A stretch of DNA of 48,325 bases, counting the filler, from Sphacelaria rigidula (taxonomy: Eukaryota), in NCBI GenBank assembly GCA_964200075.2. It is 2 parts of 2 records of this genome, joined end to end, with 100 filler letters (N's around TTAATTAATTAA, not from the genome) between each part and the next. Parts side by side here need not be neighbours in the genome. Positions count along the whole stretch, not along the records: positions 1 to 24,113 come from CAXNAA020000223.1; positions 24,214 to 48,325 come from CAXNAA020000224.1. One strand, 5' to 3'. The notes beneath the pieces are model-generated. The model saw only the letters and a list, made by a program, of their open reading frames with translations, ran no database searches and was not told the origin of the DNA. Both the position numbers and the translations under genes were made by a program. Below, one piece after another: positions 23,511 to 37,500 of this stretch (position 1 is the stretch's first letter; every line of letters begins with the position of its first letter).

Positions 23511-24113
23511 ACAGTTGGTGGGATCTTTATACAAGCTAGTTGTTGAACCAAAATCGGGTTACAGTCCACTCATGCTCTGGACTCAACCTTCAGACAGAGA
23601 CCCTCCCGCTGGTAGACTGAGGTAGACAATCCACTTTTTGGGTTCAGAATCATTCTTTTGTCAAAACACAAAACGCCTACTCTACAGCGGAAGGGTCCGG
23701 GGGTGCAGATGAGGCACATAGTTGTGAAAGTAATGAGACGGTACGACGTAGTGCAGAAGTGGTGCTGTATCTGAAGTACTGTTATTTATTACATTACGCC
23801 GCATAATTGTTCACAGCAGTCTTTAGTGTTCTGTGTACCGTCTGCAGCATACTAGATCTTACAGTTTTGCAGGTGTTGAGGGGTACGCAGCGTGCGTGTG
23901 TGGTTTCGCACCATGACTGCCACTGCGAGCACGCTTATAGCACGTACCGCGCTCATCGGCGCAGGGTCACATGGGTCGCGACTCGTATTGGTACTGAGAA
24001 ATCTCACGCGGCAACACGATCCACTGGCATTGAGTCGCGGGCAGTACATTTCACGGTTAGGACAAATCATCACGACTCAAAATCACCAAATTCACGATTT
24101 CTTCAGCCTGATT

Positions 24114-24213
24114 NNNNNNNNNNNNNNNNNNNNNNNNNNNNNNNNNNNNNNNNNNNNTTAATTAATTAANNNNNNNNNNNNNNNNNNNNNNNNNNNNNNN
24201 NNNNNNNNNNNNN
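24114..24213. other. Artificial scaffold spacer (N44-TTAATTAATTAA-N44)
   Basis: Exactly 100 bp, with a central 12-mer that places stop codons in all six frames. Confidence 0.97.
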
Positions 24214-24288
24214 AATTTCTTGAGATCTCTACGCCAAGGTATGTATACTGGTCTACGATCGGCAGTTCCTTTTCTCCCCACTTCCACG
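24214..24288 (-). mobile_element. 5'-truncated non-LTR retrotransposon (LINE) reverse transcriptase fragment running into the gap
   Basis: Translates as WKWGEKELPIVDQYTYLGVEISRN, matching the 'V..Y.YLG' segment at the C-terminal end of LINE RT domains. Confidence 0.7.
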
Positions 24289-25507
24289 CCGGCGGCGGGG
24301 GGGGGCAGCACAGACGAAACAAAAACAAAATCAATATGGTAAGCAGAGTTGAATACAAGAGGAATGGTGGAAATGCCGCGTCGGCACTAGATATCGGACG
24401 GAGATGCATATGCTTAGTAGAGACATTTGAGCGGGTAATGTTGACTGTCTGCATATATCGGACATGATCAAGGGAATGATACGTCTATTGTCCTCTCCAT
24501 TTATATCTTTGTGGATCGCACCTTATCATCCGGACTTCGCCCGACCGTTGTTGACGATCCTGGGGACGAAGGTGGACAGCAGAAGGGTAGCAAACGGCCA
24601 TAGAGCATCCCTTCGACGGTAGAATATTTGGCTTCGTGTCTACATGCAAAGAGAGGGAAAACTCGGCAAAGCCATCAGTCCGGGAAAATTCCCAGTGAGA
24701 CGTTTTCTGCTCGCGTTTCGGATGTTTTTTTTTTCAGTCAAAATGATTATATGACAACGCACAGACGGCAAGCGATGACGCAGTACCACATTAAGGCGGC
24801 GGTAGTAGCGTTGACTATTATTTTATATTCTAAGCGCAGATATTCCTATAACATTTGACAGCAAGGCGATCCAATAGTGGTCCGTCAGTTGATTTAGCAT
24901 CATGATCAATTCGTCAAGCGAAAGCTTTCATGTGTTCAAAGACAGTGGTGGTCAGAGAGCATCCCCCAAGTTAAGTTCCAGCTCCAGGACGTGTACGTGA
25001 GCCCAATCTTTCGCGCCCAGTAAACCTGCTGACGGATCAGGGGTACTCGAGTACGAAGCGCTCGACCGGAAACCACGGCCACTATCAGGTTGATACGCTA
25101 TCGTGTGATTCGGTACGCTGTGATGCAGTGCGGCAAGGTAGGATAGAGTAAGGCACGGTACGCAACGGAAGTTCTTGTAGTTTACAAAGAGCGACCTGAC
25201 AAATAGGATGCTTATGAATCCGAAAACAACGATGGCACTTCTGTCGAAAAGCAGCATTGCTGTCCTGCAGCAAAACCCCACCATCAACAACACCACCATT
25301 ATCCTTGGTGTGCGATTTACCGACCAGTCCCCCGAATGATCCTCGGACCACCCCCCTCAACGATATATACTGCTTGAATCTTCACTCCAGGTGTCACTGG
25401 TTCATAACGCAATCACATCGAACGTTTCACTCCAAAAATGCTGTGGATGCGGGGGGGGGGGGGATGAAGCACACAACGGCATCAGCCCACCTTCCGCCAC
25501 CACTCAC

Positions 25508-28500
25508 CACGAACGGAAATAACGCCGTCACCATGAACAGAACCTTTTCCCGGTCCTTTGTCCGAGCCCGTCACCGTGCAAGATTTCTGACGTTCAATTC
25601 TCTCCGTTGGCGGGTCGTAGTACACGAGAAGCTGAAAGTTGGTATCCTGCCGCTGCCATGGCATACCCGTCGGAGCGTACGCTGCGTCAGGTGCCTCGAT
25701 GTAGCTGTCTCCGAAGGGCTCGTTGGACTGGAATGCTGGTTCAACACGCACCTGTCGTGTATTGGCACGTGTGCTTGGTACAGAAGAACATCGATCGTAT
25801 AGTTTCTTTCACCAGTATTCGCGCGGTTACCCGGCAATCTTCCATCTTTCGACCGTAGGTGTTGATTAAGGGCTGGTACAAAGACATACGAAAAGAGGGA
25901 AAATATATTCCGCCATGGATAGGGACCAGAGACCGACTGCGTTGCACAACAAGGCCAGTAAAACCTCAACCCTGATGCCTGCCTAACCCCAGCCTTGGCC
26001 CTGACCCCAACGTTCAGCACCAACCTATCCTCTAAGAAAACCTAGCGGCAGTAGTACCAAAGAACGACCGAGTAGGGAGGTGAAAAATCAAGGCCCGGGT
26101 GTTGAACTCGCCTGGAGCTGATCCCGTCCGTTTTCGTCCTCAGCGCGAGACACGCTCGCCGTGAGAGCCCTTGAAAGCAGGTGAAGTGCCGCATGCTTAA
26201 CACCTGCTGGATGCAATCGAGAAAACACATGTCGAGCGTGTCGACGTGATTACGTACTTACTCAAATGAGCACGCCATCTCGACACAGACCTACTTGCAT
26301 CCACAACTACACACACATATATGTGCATGTGTCATACTTTCACCACCCTCCCCCCCTGCCTTCTTCAGGACAATTCCGTGGTCTTAAGGGCCCAACCTAT
26401 CTCTTCCCCGGTACACTGTATGCGTCGCATTCTATGATCGAGGACTGGACCAGCATTTCCGCACCCCGCCGACTCCCTCTGATTCCCCTTTGCTACTGTC
26501 TATCAACGGGGCGAGGTTGAGACGCAAGCCACTAGTCGGAAGACGGGACAAACAAGTCGCGGGAGGGACGACAGCTCCCATAATTATCGTACTAGCTGCT
26601 ACTATCGGTGAATATTCCCTTCCAATCCATTATCCGCGGTTGAGCCATATCAGCCAAAACACTCTCTCGTGCCAGGGAAAAAGATTCGGAAGACTCGCAC
26701 ACAAAAAATGGATTGAACGAAGCACGACGGCCCTGAACCGCAAGGAGATGTCGTGTTTGCGGTTCACTCCTGCATCTCCACGTTATCGCTTGTCGATCAT
26801 TTTGCGCCGTGGTCTCGTGGATGTGCATTCATCGAGATTTTCCATAAGGTTCGCTTCAAGCAGAAATTAAAGGTAGAAACTCAAACGTACGTGGCACAAT
26901 AAGCAAACTGTCCCACATCACCGCTCGAACCCAACGGCCGATGCAACTGGAATGAAACAACTCACCGTGACCGTAGGGATGTTTGCGGTTGGCGACGGTG
27001 TCCACCTTCGCCGGCGAGACCTTTGCAACATCCAGTAGAGTAATAATCTGGCTCGCTCCGAGACGCACGCACATCTGATCCCCCACCCCCGGTAGCTGGC
27101 GCAGCTGTCCCAACTGAGAGATCGAAGCAGATGAACCATTTACATGTAAGTATGGGTATATACTATTACAAAAGCTACCCTCTTGGGGACCGGTGATCAC
27201 CATACGATCAGGGAAGTGATGTATACACATTTTCTACGTTGGTCGTTTTCCATTTTGCCACTCGAAGTTCCTCCCCTGATTTGCGCAGGAGCAATTTTTC
27301 GCAAAAGTGCCTGACTCTCCCACCCCAGGCCCCACCTTGTCGTGCGGCAGTCTTTCGAACTGAAATCAACGGAGATCAACCGCGTGCGCGTAGGCAGACG
27401 TTCTTTGTCTGTCTGTCTGTCTTTCTGTGTGTGCTGAGTAAAAACGTTCAATTTTCGTCTTTTGCTCCATGTTTGAATGTAGTTTTGTTTTACCAAATAT
27501 GCGTTGCACGATCATCTGTCTGGAGGTTTAGTGGGGGGGGGGGGGCGCTGTCGAGCTGTTTTTTGTTAATTCGGCGCCGTTCTCTGCCCAGCACGGAGTC
27601 TTTGTCGGCGCAATTCCACCGCGTTCCTTTTTCTCTATTCCCAAGCGCTTCTTTCGTTCTTGTCCTTTCTCAATGCGAGCTTCCTACAGCAAGTGCTTCC
27701 GTTGCATTGTTATCTCGGCTACGTGTATCTTGTGACCCCGGCTGAATTCGCAGGGGATCATTTTGGTTTCCACGTCATGACCGGGAAGGCATACTGCACG
27801 CGTGGTGAAAAGAAACAAGTTTCGAAGTAGCATTTCACAGCATCGCTTGAAGTGAGCATTCTTTCGACTGCGTTTGGGTTGGATGGTTGTTGAGAATATA
27901 CGAGTATACCCATGCTCTATGGTCTTGGGTGGTGCGACCCACATGACGAGGACGTTGCACAAAGGACGATCAATCATGCAGGCATATGGCACAAGGTCAA
28001 GCGCCTTCTGTTGAACTATTGCGGCCCTTTTCACCATTTACCCATCTATCGTCGTCGGGGTTGCATCGCGTGGTAACAAAAGAATACACCGGGTATACAC
28101 AGGGACAGCAGTGCACCGATGTGTGCGTGTTTATGTGTGTGTGTGTGAGTGCTCTGGTTGAGAACTCACTTACGCAATCTTCTCTGTATTTTGCGTTTGG
28201 TGCGTATATCTTGCCCCCCCCTCCCCCCCCCCCCCGCATCTCCTCCTCGCGACGAGTCCATGGTCTCACAGGGCGATCTTATCTCATGTCATCTGTCTTT
28301 CCCCGGTACTCACCTTACCCTGGTTGTCATGAACTTGGTCGGTACTGCCGCAGCCCTTCGTTCGTTCGTCATGGAATTCCGTTGCCAAATCTTGTTTCCC
28401 ACGTCATGGGCGACGGAAATAAAACCCAATGTTCTATTTCTGGATTCGACCCCACAAAATCCACCAAAACTAGAGTTGATATACTCGTTCAACCACCGAC

Positions 28501-31500
28501 GGCGCGGTGGCAATAACCTTGTTGAAGCCTTTTTTGGCTCCTAGCCGATGAACACAAATTGCACACATACTACTGGCGGTACACTAGTTTCGAAGTCTAG
28601 GTCTATTTTATGGGAGTCACAACGATAGTTGGAGCAAAAACCACCTCGGCGAGTGATGAACACACCCGGAGTTGATGAATACACAGTCCTGTGGAGATAA
28701 TCCTTCACTCTATCAGACGAAACCTGTGCCATGACGGTGGATCGACCCGCGCTGCAACCGCAAGTTCAAAGCGCTGATGCGTAGTGTACCTCTGTATCCA
28801 TCCACATCTTGAGCCGAACCGATCGCATGAGGCGCAACGAAGAGGCACATCCAAGCCCGCCCCCGCGGCCAGGCACCGCCAGTGACTCCGCGCAGCACCC
28901 TAGAATCCTCGCGGCCACCTCCAGCATGGCCGCTTGTTCCCCCCTCATGGTCCAGTCTTCGATCTGTAGGCCTCCCAGGGCTGCTTGCATCAGGGCAAGT
29001 GCCTGCAATTACAGAAAGTAACGCACATCGAGATTAATGAATACTTCTGTTTGAATCTACTTTATGACTTGATTCGTTCGTTTTCCTCCATATGCCCACT
29101 GAAATTTTATCATGATTATGATTATGATTATGGCTATGGTTATGATTATGATTATGAATATTATTCTTATTGTTCTTGTTATTTTTATTTTCTTATTATT
29201 ATTATCATCATCATTATTGCTGTTACTATTATTTGGTTATACATTAATTTTAATATCATTACTACTACTATATATTTTTCGGGCCGTGGTTCTGTTAGTT
29301 CTCAGAGGTTCGCTCACGTTGTGGTAATGAAAATCTGAGGTCAAAATGCAGTCCATGGATCGCTACCACCATCATCAACAGATAACATCGTCCAAGCTCT
29401 CATTTTGTTTTTGTGAGATGGGTCTGTTCGAGAAAGACCTGTGCAGCTGTCTACCCGTGAGAAAGGATAGATACACCTCACAATTTCCGGTCAAATCAAA
29501 CCAAGCACTAAAAACGAAATAGGACTTAATGATCGGCGAGGAAAAGGGACTGCTGAACCCTTCTCGCGGTAAAAAGGAAAGGTAAGCGTCGCGGAAGGAA
29601 GGCGGAGGACTAAAACAAAACAAAAAGAACAATTCCTGCGTCGGCCTTCTTCCTGTGTGGCCCCGGCTGGTGCGCCCACATATACCAAAAGGTGTGGACC
29701 GGCGCCCGGAATAGATGGGACGACAACACAACACACTCCCTTTGTGAATGCGACAAAAATCACGATGTGGATGACAATGCCTCGAATGACGGTAGTTCAT
29801 CCGGGATTCGACCATGGGGACCAAAACGGTGCTTTTGCCGGCCAGACGTAACTTACCTGTAGTGTAATTGTCAATGATGACTGAGTCGAACGGAAGTCAA
29901 GAAGGTAGCGCACCACTGTTATTCCTGAGACAACATGTTTACCGAATCGCCACCACTCTTTCATCGCCGAATCGTGGACCAGTCACACTGAGTGGGTGCT
30001 CAATTGTAGACGTTTTCTCCACCCCTTGACTGCGCCACTTTGGTGACACTACCGCAAGAGCATTGGTGCACCAAAACCAATCTACCAAAAGTTGTCAATG
30101 ACATAAACGCCAGTAATATGGGCTGTGCCCCCTGCTTTGAATCTGTGTATATTGATTCTGTCCGTCACATCTTCAACGGGGGGAAACTGAACTCTTAACA
30201 AGCAAAAGAAAAACAGAAAAAAAACGTCCGAAATTCATCCCACACACATGTATGACTGATAGTTTCAATAATAAAATAACCGTACGAAATGTGATTTTGA
30301 TCATTGATCGAATCAACGATAAACGGCCTTAACTCCGCCGTCGAAACGTGCTGTCTCTCACCTTGTCCGCTGGAGTCCTGATAATCGCTTTCTTCGGCGG
30401 AGGGAAGCGCACCTTCATGTTCAGCTCGTTCAATAACCGCTTCTCGTTCCTGCGAACCGGTGCGCTCAGCTCGTCGCAACCAGCGCACAGCTGGAGGATA
30501 TCCCTGCAGCAACAACAGCAACAGCAGGAGTATGTACCGGATAAAAGGTAAACGTTTTGGAGTGCAGATGTGACGAGTGTGACTTCTGTGCAAAGAGAAG
30601 GGCAGTTAGCACAGGGGTCTTCAACGCTTACCCTAATGGTGTCAGATCTTTACATAATTATTTTATCGCCCGTCATTTGAGTGGTGCTTTTAGATATCGG
30701 TGGAAAGTTTCCGCCCGTAATTCCTCGGCGTAATATTTCTAGATGAAAGTAATAATCATGAAGATAGTAACACGGGACCCCGGAAGGCTATGAAGCGAGC
30801 AAGAAAACTGGGTTTTTGAGACCATCCAATCAATCTCCCAGTGGGTGACATTAAAACGTATTCCATGTATTATGCTAAGCTCCCCATTAGACTTTCATAG
30901 CGCCTAAACCCAGGCGTTTACTTGGTGGTCAATTATATGACTTCACCATTTTGTCATTTTTGTATCCCTCCAACGAACTCCCTGGATAGCGCATTGAAAG
31001 CAGTAGTGTATCAACATTTCATCGCAGGGTGCAAGACTGTTTTTCTTTCTGACCGACAGACGTTTCAGTCAACGTTCCCCGCATAAGCATCGAACATCTC
31101 TCCCGCGACAACCAAAGTATTCATGTTCGGATCGAGAATCATGTCTTGGTTTGCGGTAGTTCGGATCTACGCGACAAACGTTTCAGTCAATGCACCCTCA
31201 ACAAGCCTTGAAGAACTTCCTCGCGGGAACGATGTTCTCGTTTGTGCAAGTTGCGAACCCTACACCATCCGGCAAAGTTTAACAATCCGTCAACCCTCGA
31301 TGGTGAGTGACTAAAATATGGGGCATGCTTGGGTGGGTTGTTGGAAGTCCGCCGGGTGCTGCGGCCTTGAAAACCATAGGCTTGACGTATTGTTCCCAAG
31401 AGTACGATCTTTAGCGTTAACTTGAGGTGCATGGCTGTATAGGCAGTCATTCGTTCAGCGTCAAAACTGGATAAAACAGAAAATTATCCTTCATCTCACG

Positions 31501-34500
31501 AGAAAGAGAGGACTCCATCTCTACCTATATAGATATCATGTCGAGTGTTTGAAAATATTTCTTTGAGCAACAACACACACTTTCTCGCATACCGATCTCT
31601 GTGATGATCTCTTGATTGGATGATTGAGCCGACTGTTGACCGACTGGTCCAGGCAGAGGTCTAGTCAAACGACAATTCAATGCAAACATGAGTATTCCGC
31701 GACACTTTTTGGAAAACACATAACGCCGGTTTACCCGCTCAAAATACCTCCTCGCCCAAAAAGAAAACATTACCATCTCACTTGGTTCCGTGGCTTTCCC
31801 GTACAGTCATGAGGGCTCTCATGCTTTCAAAACGAACCATGAACCGGCTGAACAGTACCCCGCAAGGCGTGGGCGATGAGCCGAATTCGTCCTCGTCCAT
31901 AGCGATAACTTCAGCCTCGCGCAACTGTCGCATCGTACAACAGCACACGCTCAGAAGGAACTGCCGAACAACCCAAGTGGATCAGTTGGGGCTGAGACTG
32001 GTGACACGAGTCGTTTCGGCTTTGCCGATTGCGTAAGAACACGATCGACTGACCCCCGCGGCGCGTTGCTTACTGATTTCCGTGGGCGAGTGTATCGATG
32101 CAAGAGATCCGCTCTCTCCCCAGACATGAGCGTTAGTGAACGAACGTGCCTCGGACAGCTTATTCAGGGCAAGTGGGCACTGAACATCCGAAAAAACGTA
32201 GCGACAGCGAGATGCGACAGTTTCTCAAGCACCAGTCTGACCATCGGCGTCACCGGGCGACATCGCATACCCCTGTAATATTGGGAAGCTGCGACATTCC
32301 CCTGTACCGTACACCATTCACGACTGGAGCCATCTCGACAATAACGGGGAAGGTGCTCATGACACCAATCGCTGTGTCGTTGGGAAGATGCCCGTCGATA
32401 TCTGTAGAACGATCTTTTCCTCCAGCAGATCAACCTCTTGCTTGTAAAGAAGATCGAAGTCGAGAAAACACTGTCACAGGATATGATGCCCGCGGGTTTC
32501 ACGGTGTAAAACACGCGGCAATTATAGTTTGTAATTGACTACCTGTTCTGGATACTGGTCCGCCTATCGTTGGTACATAAGAAAATAGGAAGGCGAAGAA
32601 CGTTTGGGTGTAGAGACTGTCACCAGCAACACTAGAGGGGAGCGCGGGAATACCAGATTGACTCGAGGTGAACGGCGTCCTCGCTGAATCGGGCAGAAAC
32701 TACAGGCGGGGAACAGTAAGTTGGCGTAAACCGAATGACTTCGAAATTTGTTCGTTCGACCCGAAAAATGGCAGTGCTCTCAGATTAGCGGATTAGTAAC
32801 CACGTACCAGCCAGTCGATAAAAGTGGTTGAAACAATCCTTGAGTACAGGATCGCACGTCCGCTGACCTCCAGTGTGTACATTAGTAAGTCAACACTGGT
32901 TGATGGCTCTGTTGCTTGATTGTCGTACATGAGTCGATCCCGAGGGGGGGCATTCGTGTCGGCGGATGACATAAATGGGACGCCATCTGGAACAGCATTT
33001 CATCTTATTTCGTTAAGGGAACTACCCCAACTATAAGCACACCTGCTTCAGACCCGCAAGACACATCGACTGCACATGCCCATAAAGCCCAGCTTCAGTC
33101 AGGCCGCTCGGCAGGCCGTAGAAGGCCGGATTGCGCTTGCATCGGATGTAGTAGAAGGTGCTGCACCGGAGGTTGAAAGGCAGATTCACAACACATTTCA
33201 AAAGTGCGCGTGAGTACCGCAAACCTTCCAACGTCTGGCTCATGAGCCGTCACTTTACTGAAGGCCTCGCGGGCAATTACTTGTTGCCGCCAGTGAAAAA
33301 TGCCAAGGCAGGCCCACTTATGAAACCGGAAACCCGAATGGTGGGTGTAAAACGAGGCAACTGCCAATATCAAAACATCGGTCGGCGGTGAGCATTGAAT
33401 TGCCGCTGCGTCAACGATAGTGCCTGACTATTGGTATGAGCGACAAGGACAGTTGATCCACACAGGTTTTGCGGGGGTGTCATTCGTAGATTCGGAATAC
33501 CTGGATCTTCGTGCCCCCCCCCACCAGGATTGCTACATTCCCATTGCAATACGGTGACTCCATAGGTCGAAACGAGACCGGGAATGGCAGGTTGTCTCCT
33601 TGAGCAAGTTGTTCCGCGAGATTGATCTCCATAGCCTACCTGTCGTTGAACACGGTAAGCTGTGTGCGCGCACCTTTTTATCCACTCGATAGCATCACCA
33701 ACGTCGTGAATGGTCTCTCCTTGGCATACCTATCCCGTTGGACATATCATAAGAGAGAACACACAGCACAGCGGTTGAAGTAGTGGTGGCGTTCTTTCCT
33801 CACGAAGCTAAGGGATCCCACCGTTGATGGAGTGATCAAAATTTGATTACATAGGGGACCCTACAGCAGGGGGGAAGGGGAATCGAGTCACATGTTGAAT
33901 GAGTGCGGCACTTTGCGGCACCGCTGTAGGTAGCAAAATTCATTTTGAGTGCCCGTGAAATCAACATAGCACGAATACCCATCCCTTTATCAATGCTTTC
34001 ACGCGCGAGAAGTGCCCACCAGGCGTGCGTGGAGTGGTATACCATACCAATGAACTACCTTGTTATATACCACAGTATACCCCACTGTACCTGTACCTGG
34101 CCACTCAAGTAATGCATCATTAAGTGAAAATATTCTTCATGGAGCGAACATCACATGCAAGACCGGTACTACTGTTCAGTCGTGGTTTAATGAAACGTGT
34201 GCAAGACTTCTGTGAGCCGTTCTTGCTGCCATTTATACTTCAAGCATGTTGGCATAAAATTTCCGGTACGGGCTGTCCGACGTATAGCAGGCGTTGGTTT
34301 TTGTCAAGTGCTCACGGATGAGATATCAGAAGCTTAGGGGGGAAATAAATGCTTGTCACGGGGCATTGGTTGCACCACCTCCGAGTTCAAGGCTTCCAAT
34401 AAACGCGCCCGCAGCGAGCTCTCGACCGCTTCCTGTCCGGCGCTCAGTCTCTCGAGAGACCTCTTGTTCGCCTGAATTACATTTGATCGAAGTGGCGAAA

Positions 34501-37500
34501 GCTACGGTCAGGATCAACTTTGGAATATTTGAAAACGAAAGAAGACATCCGACTAGTCACAGACGCTATTTGGGTCCAGATTTGCTTATGTTGCAAGTAT
34601 GGAGAGGCATCATCCCGAAAATATGTGGACGACATGCAATCAATCCCCGCTTCCGTTGCCAATTGTTTTTCCAACAATCCAGCCCCGGCGTAATAGGCCA
34701 CTTCTGACCACCGAGCTCAGTCTAAAGCTCGCGACAAGTGCATCGCCCGACTACGCAGCGACAAAGCTAATACTTCGAACTCTCCTTCAGGCAAAAATGC
34801 GGATTCCTCATTGTCAGCTTGACGCAAATGTTGTTTGCGGCAGATTGCACTCGGACATTGCAATAGAAGCGGGCTGCAATACCCAGAGATTGGCGTAGAA
34901 CACGAGAATATTGCGCTCACGGGAGGGGAAAATCTGTAGTCATGGCTTCGGGCTACTCGCACTAGGGATGCTGTTCGTGGTCACCTGAGAGGTCATGACT
35001 ACCGCCACACCCGCCGAGTCGTAGCCCGGTCGCCCTGCCCTTCCCATCATCTGTAGAATGGCCGACCTTCGGGGTATAACGAAAACAAAACCTACTTTCA
35101 CCGGGAGTGAGTGACAGTTGTGGCTGGTTTGCTGCAAACGTGTCAAGAATACTGCTGTTGACCATTGAGGTCTACTTTTGACGCGGGATGGAAGCAAGGT
35201 GGAGAACTGCATCCACACCCCCCCCTGGCTCGTCATGTACATATCCTCAGGGTAGATATAGTGGGAATCACCGCCTTACTCGAGAAATTCACGACATCCA
35301 CACATTTTTTGCCGCTTATAGGGATCGCACCGAGACCTTTCGACACCGTCAGGGATTTTTCCGTATGGTGCAGAGCTGGATCTTCGAAAACCTCAAGGTG
35401 GTAGCTTCAAGTATCCAGAGAAAAAGTAATGCTCCCTCAGGGGATCGCCAGTACCGCCTCCGGTGGTACGGGTTTTCAAGCCTTGGCTATTTCACCTGGT
35501 AACCATGACCATACAACACACTGAGATGTGAAGTCTACCGAAAGATAGACGCCCCGTTGCACTCAAATGTTATCTTCATCGAAGAATGCTTGCTTGTGGA
35601 GCTTCGGTTGTTTCTCGAAGAAGCGTATATTCGAACCAAGGGATGCGTTGCTCCTCGTCGTACGGATACTTTGAAATTCTTCACCTTCATGGCGACTGAC
35701 CCGGAAAGGATGCAGGAAAGATGCAGGCGTGCAGCATTTTGTGATCAATCAGAAACTCGTCTGAGCTCACCTCTATTGTTCTTGTATCTACAGGGTTAAA
35801 CCGAGTGACCCTCCGGACATTTTCGTATGCTTTTTCTGTCGAGCCTCTCTGCGTTTCTTTCTCGATGCCAAGGAGCCAAGCTTATGTTTGAGCCTACTGA
35901 CCTTGGAAGCTCTTGATAACCCTTCGCCCCACGGTAGTGATTGGTGCCCTTGATGATCACCAGCCGTGCGGGAAGATTTACACCCATGGCCAAGGTAGTA
36001 GTGGCAACCAGCACCGCTAGGCTGTGACGGTTGTGTGAGCACACAGGAGTTGTTTACTGACGAGAGTGCATCAACCCGGATCAACGGGCGATTTCTGCTT
36101 CGGTGTTCCAAGGAACATTTTCGTTCCCCCTCTCAACAATAACTACTTCCAAAGAAGTAGAAGTATACACATGGGGTGTAGAGGAGGGCTTGGGTCGTGC
36201 GAAATACACCCCAAGCTAGACTCGGCCTGTCTTCGCTCTTTGACCGTGCATGAGTAATGGATGTCGACTTGAAGGTGCGTATGTGCTAACGCGTCCCCTC
36301 GTAATTTGACGTTTTGGTGTGAATGTTCGGCAATTTTCCTCGTATAGCAGAATCAGATAATACTTCGCAAGCATATGATTAACCCTTCCACAGTCAGTAG
36401 GTGTGCGTGTATGCCTACTGCGAACCCTTTGTCACTTCGGCTTCATGCATGAGCATTGCTGCAGTGAAGACCTCTGAACACAAACCCGCCGGCAAAGGGT
36501 CAAGTTGATCATACCTCCGTGTCGAGATAAATATTGGCACGTTAGGTTTGCGTCAGGTAGGCCAGGCGCAAAGTGGTCTGTGCTCTGAGTGCAGTAGGTT
36601 GAGTCACAGCTGTCTAAATAATAATAACATTTTTCCAGTTTATGGATAAAGGATGTCGTGTAGACTCCGCGTTTAATCCACGCCTACGTCAATCCCAGAC
36701 GGCTGGTGCTTGGATACCAGTGCATCGAAGATACACACAAGGTGGGCCATACACTGAGCTATTCACCCACCTCCCAGTAAGAAAGGCCCTCTCAACAAGT
36801 CCGCGATCTCGCGGGGACAGCCCGGAGTTGTGCACGGCCACTCCCTTGCTGATCAGCTTCCCTAGCTGAGGGTCTTCGGCATCCGCTGCAGCCTTCTCCA
36901 GGTACTCTTTCATAACCTTCGCTCGGGAAGATGAAAATTTGAGGGCACATGAGGTGTGTTCATTAATCGCCCACGTGTACTTCAGCTCTACTTAATTCGA
37001 AATCAGTATACGGTATTCTGGTCGGTGCTACTGCAGTGGCTTTGATGTATGCCAAGCTTGGAAACTTCAATGCCCGTTCAGTCACAGGGGCCCCGATCGT
37101 ATGAAGTCTGTACGGTCCCATCTGTCCTCACTTGAAATAGTTCGAGGCTCCTCGGTAGCGGTGCTCCAAGCGCGACGGCAGAAAGCCACCACGTGCGACT
37201 TCACGGAGTAGAAGTATGACGGTTGACGTTACCTTTTAGGCTCTGTTAGGTATTTCCATCTTACTGTTACTTCGTCTCCTTCATCGCGACGGCTGCGCAG
37301 TCTAGGGATACACTCATCTCTCCTGCGGCACATACCTGATGCCAAATTTTCGAGAATTGGACCGGTACTCTCGCAACCCGTCGGTTATGTTTTTTCAAGC
37401 ATGCCACAACAGCAAAATTGCCAAGTAACGTATGGCTATGCTCTACACGACTTCACAGTGACTTGGTCCCCCTATTCGCAAGTGCTACTGATTCTCACCG

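Noticed and set aside
24158..24169. TTAATTAATTAA as a biological motif
   Set aside because: It is the centre of an artificial 100-bp scaffold pad.
28985..29338. Tyr/Asp/Ile-rich membrane-like ORFs
   Set aside because: They are translations of an intronic AT-rich microsatellite.
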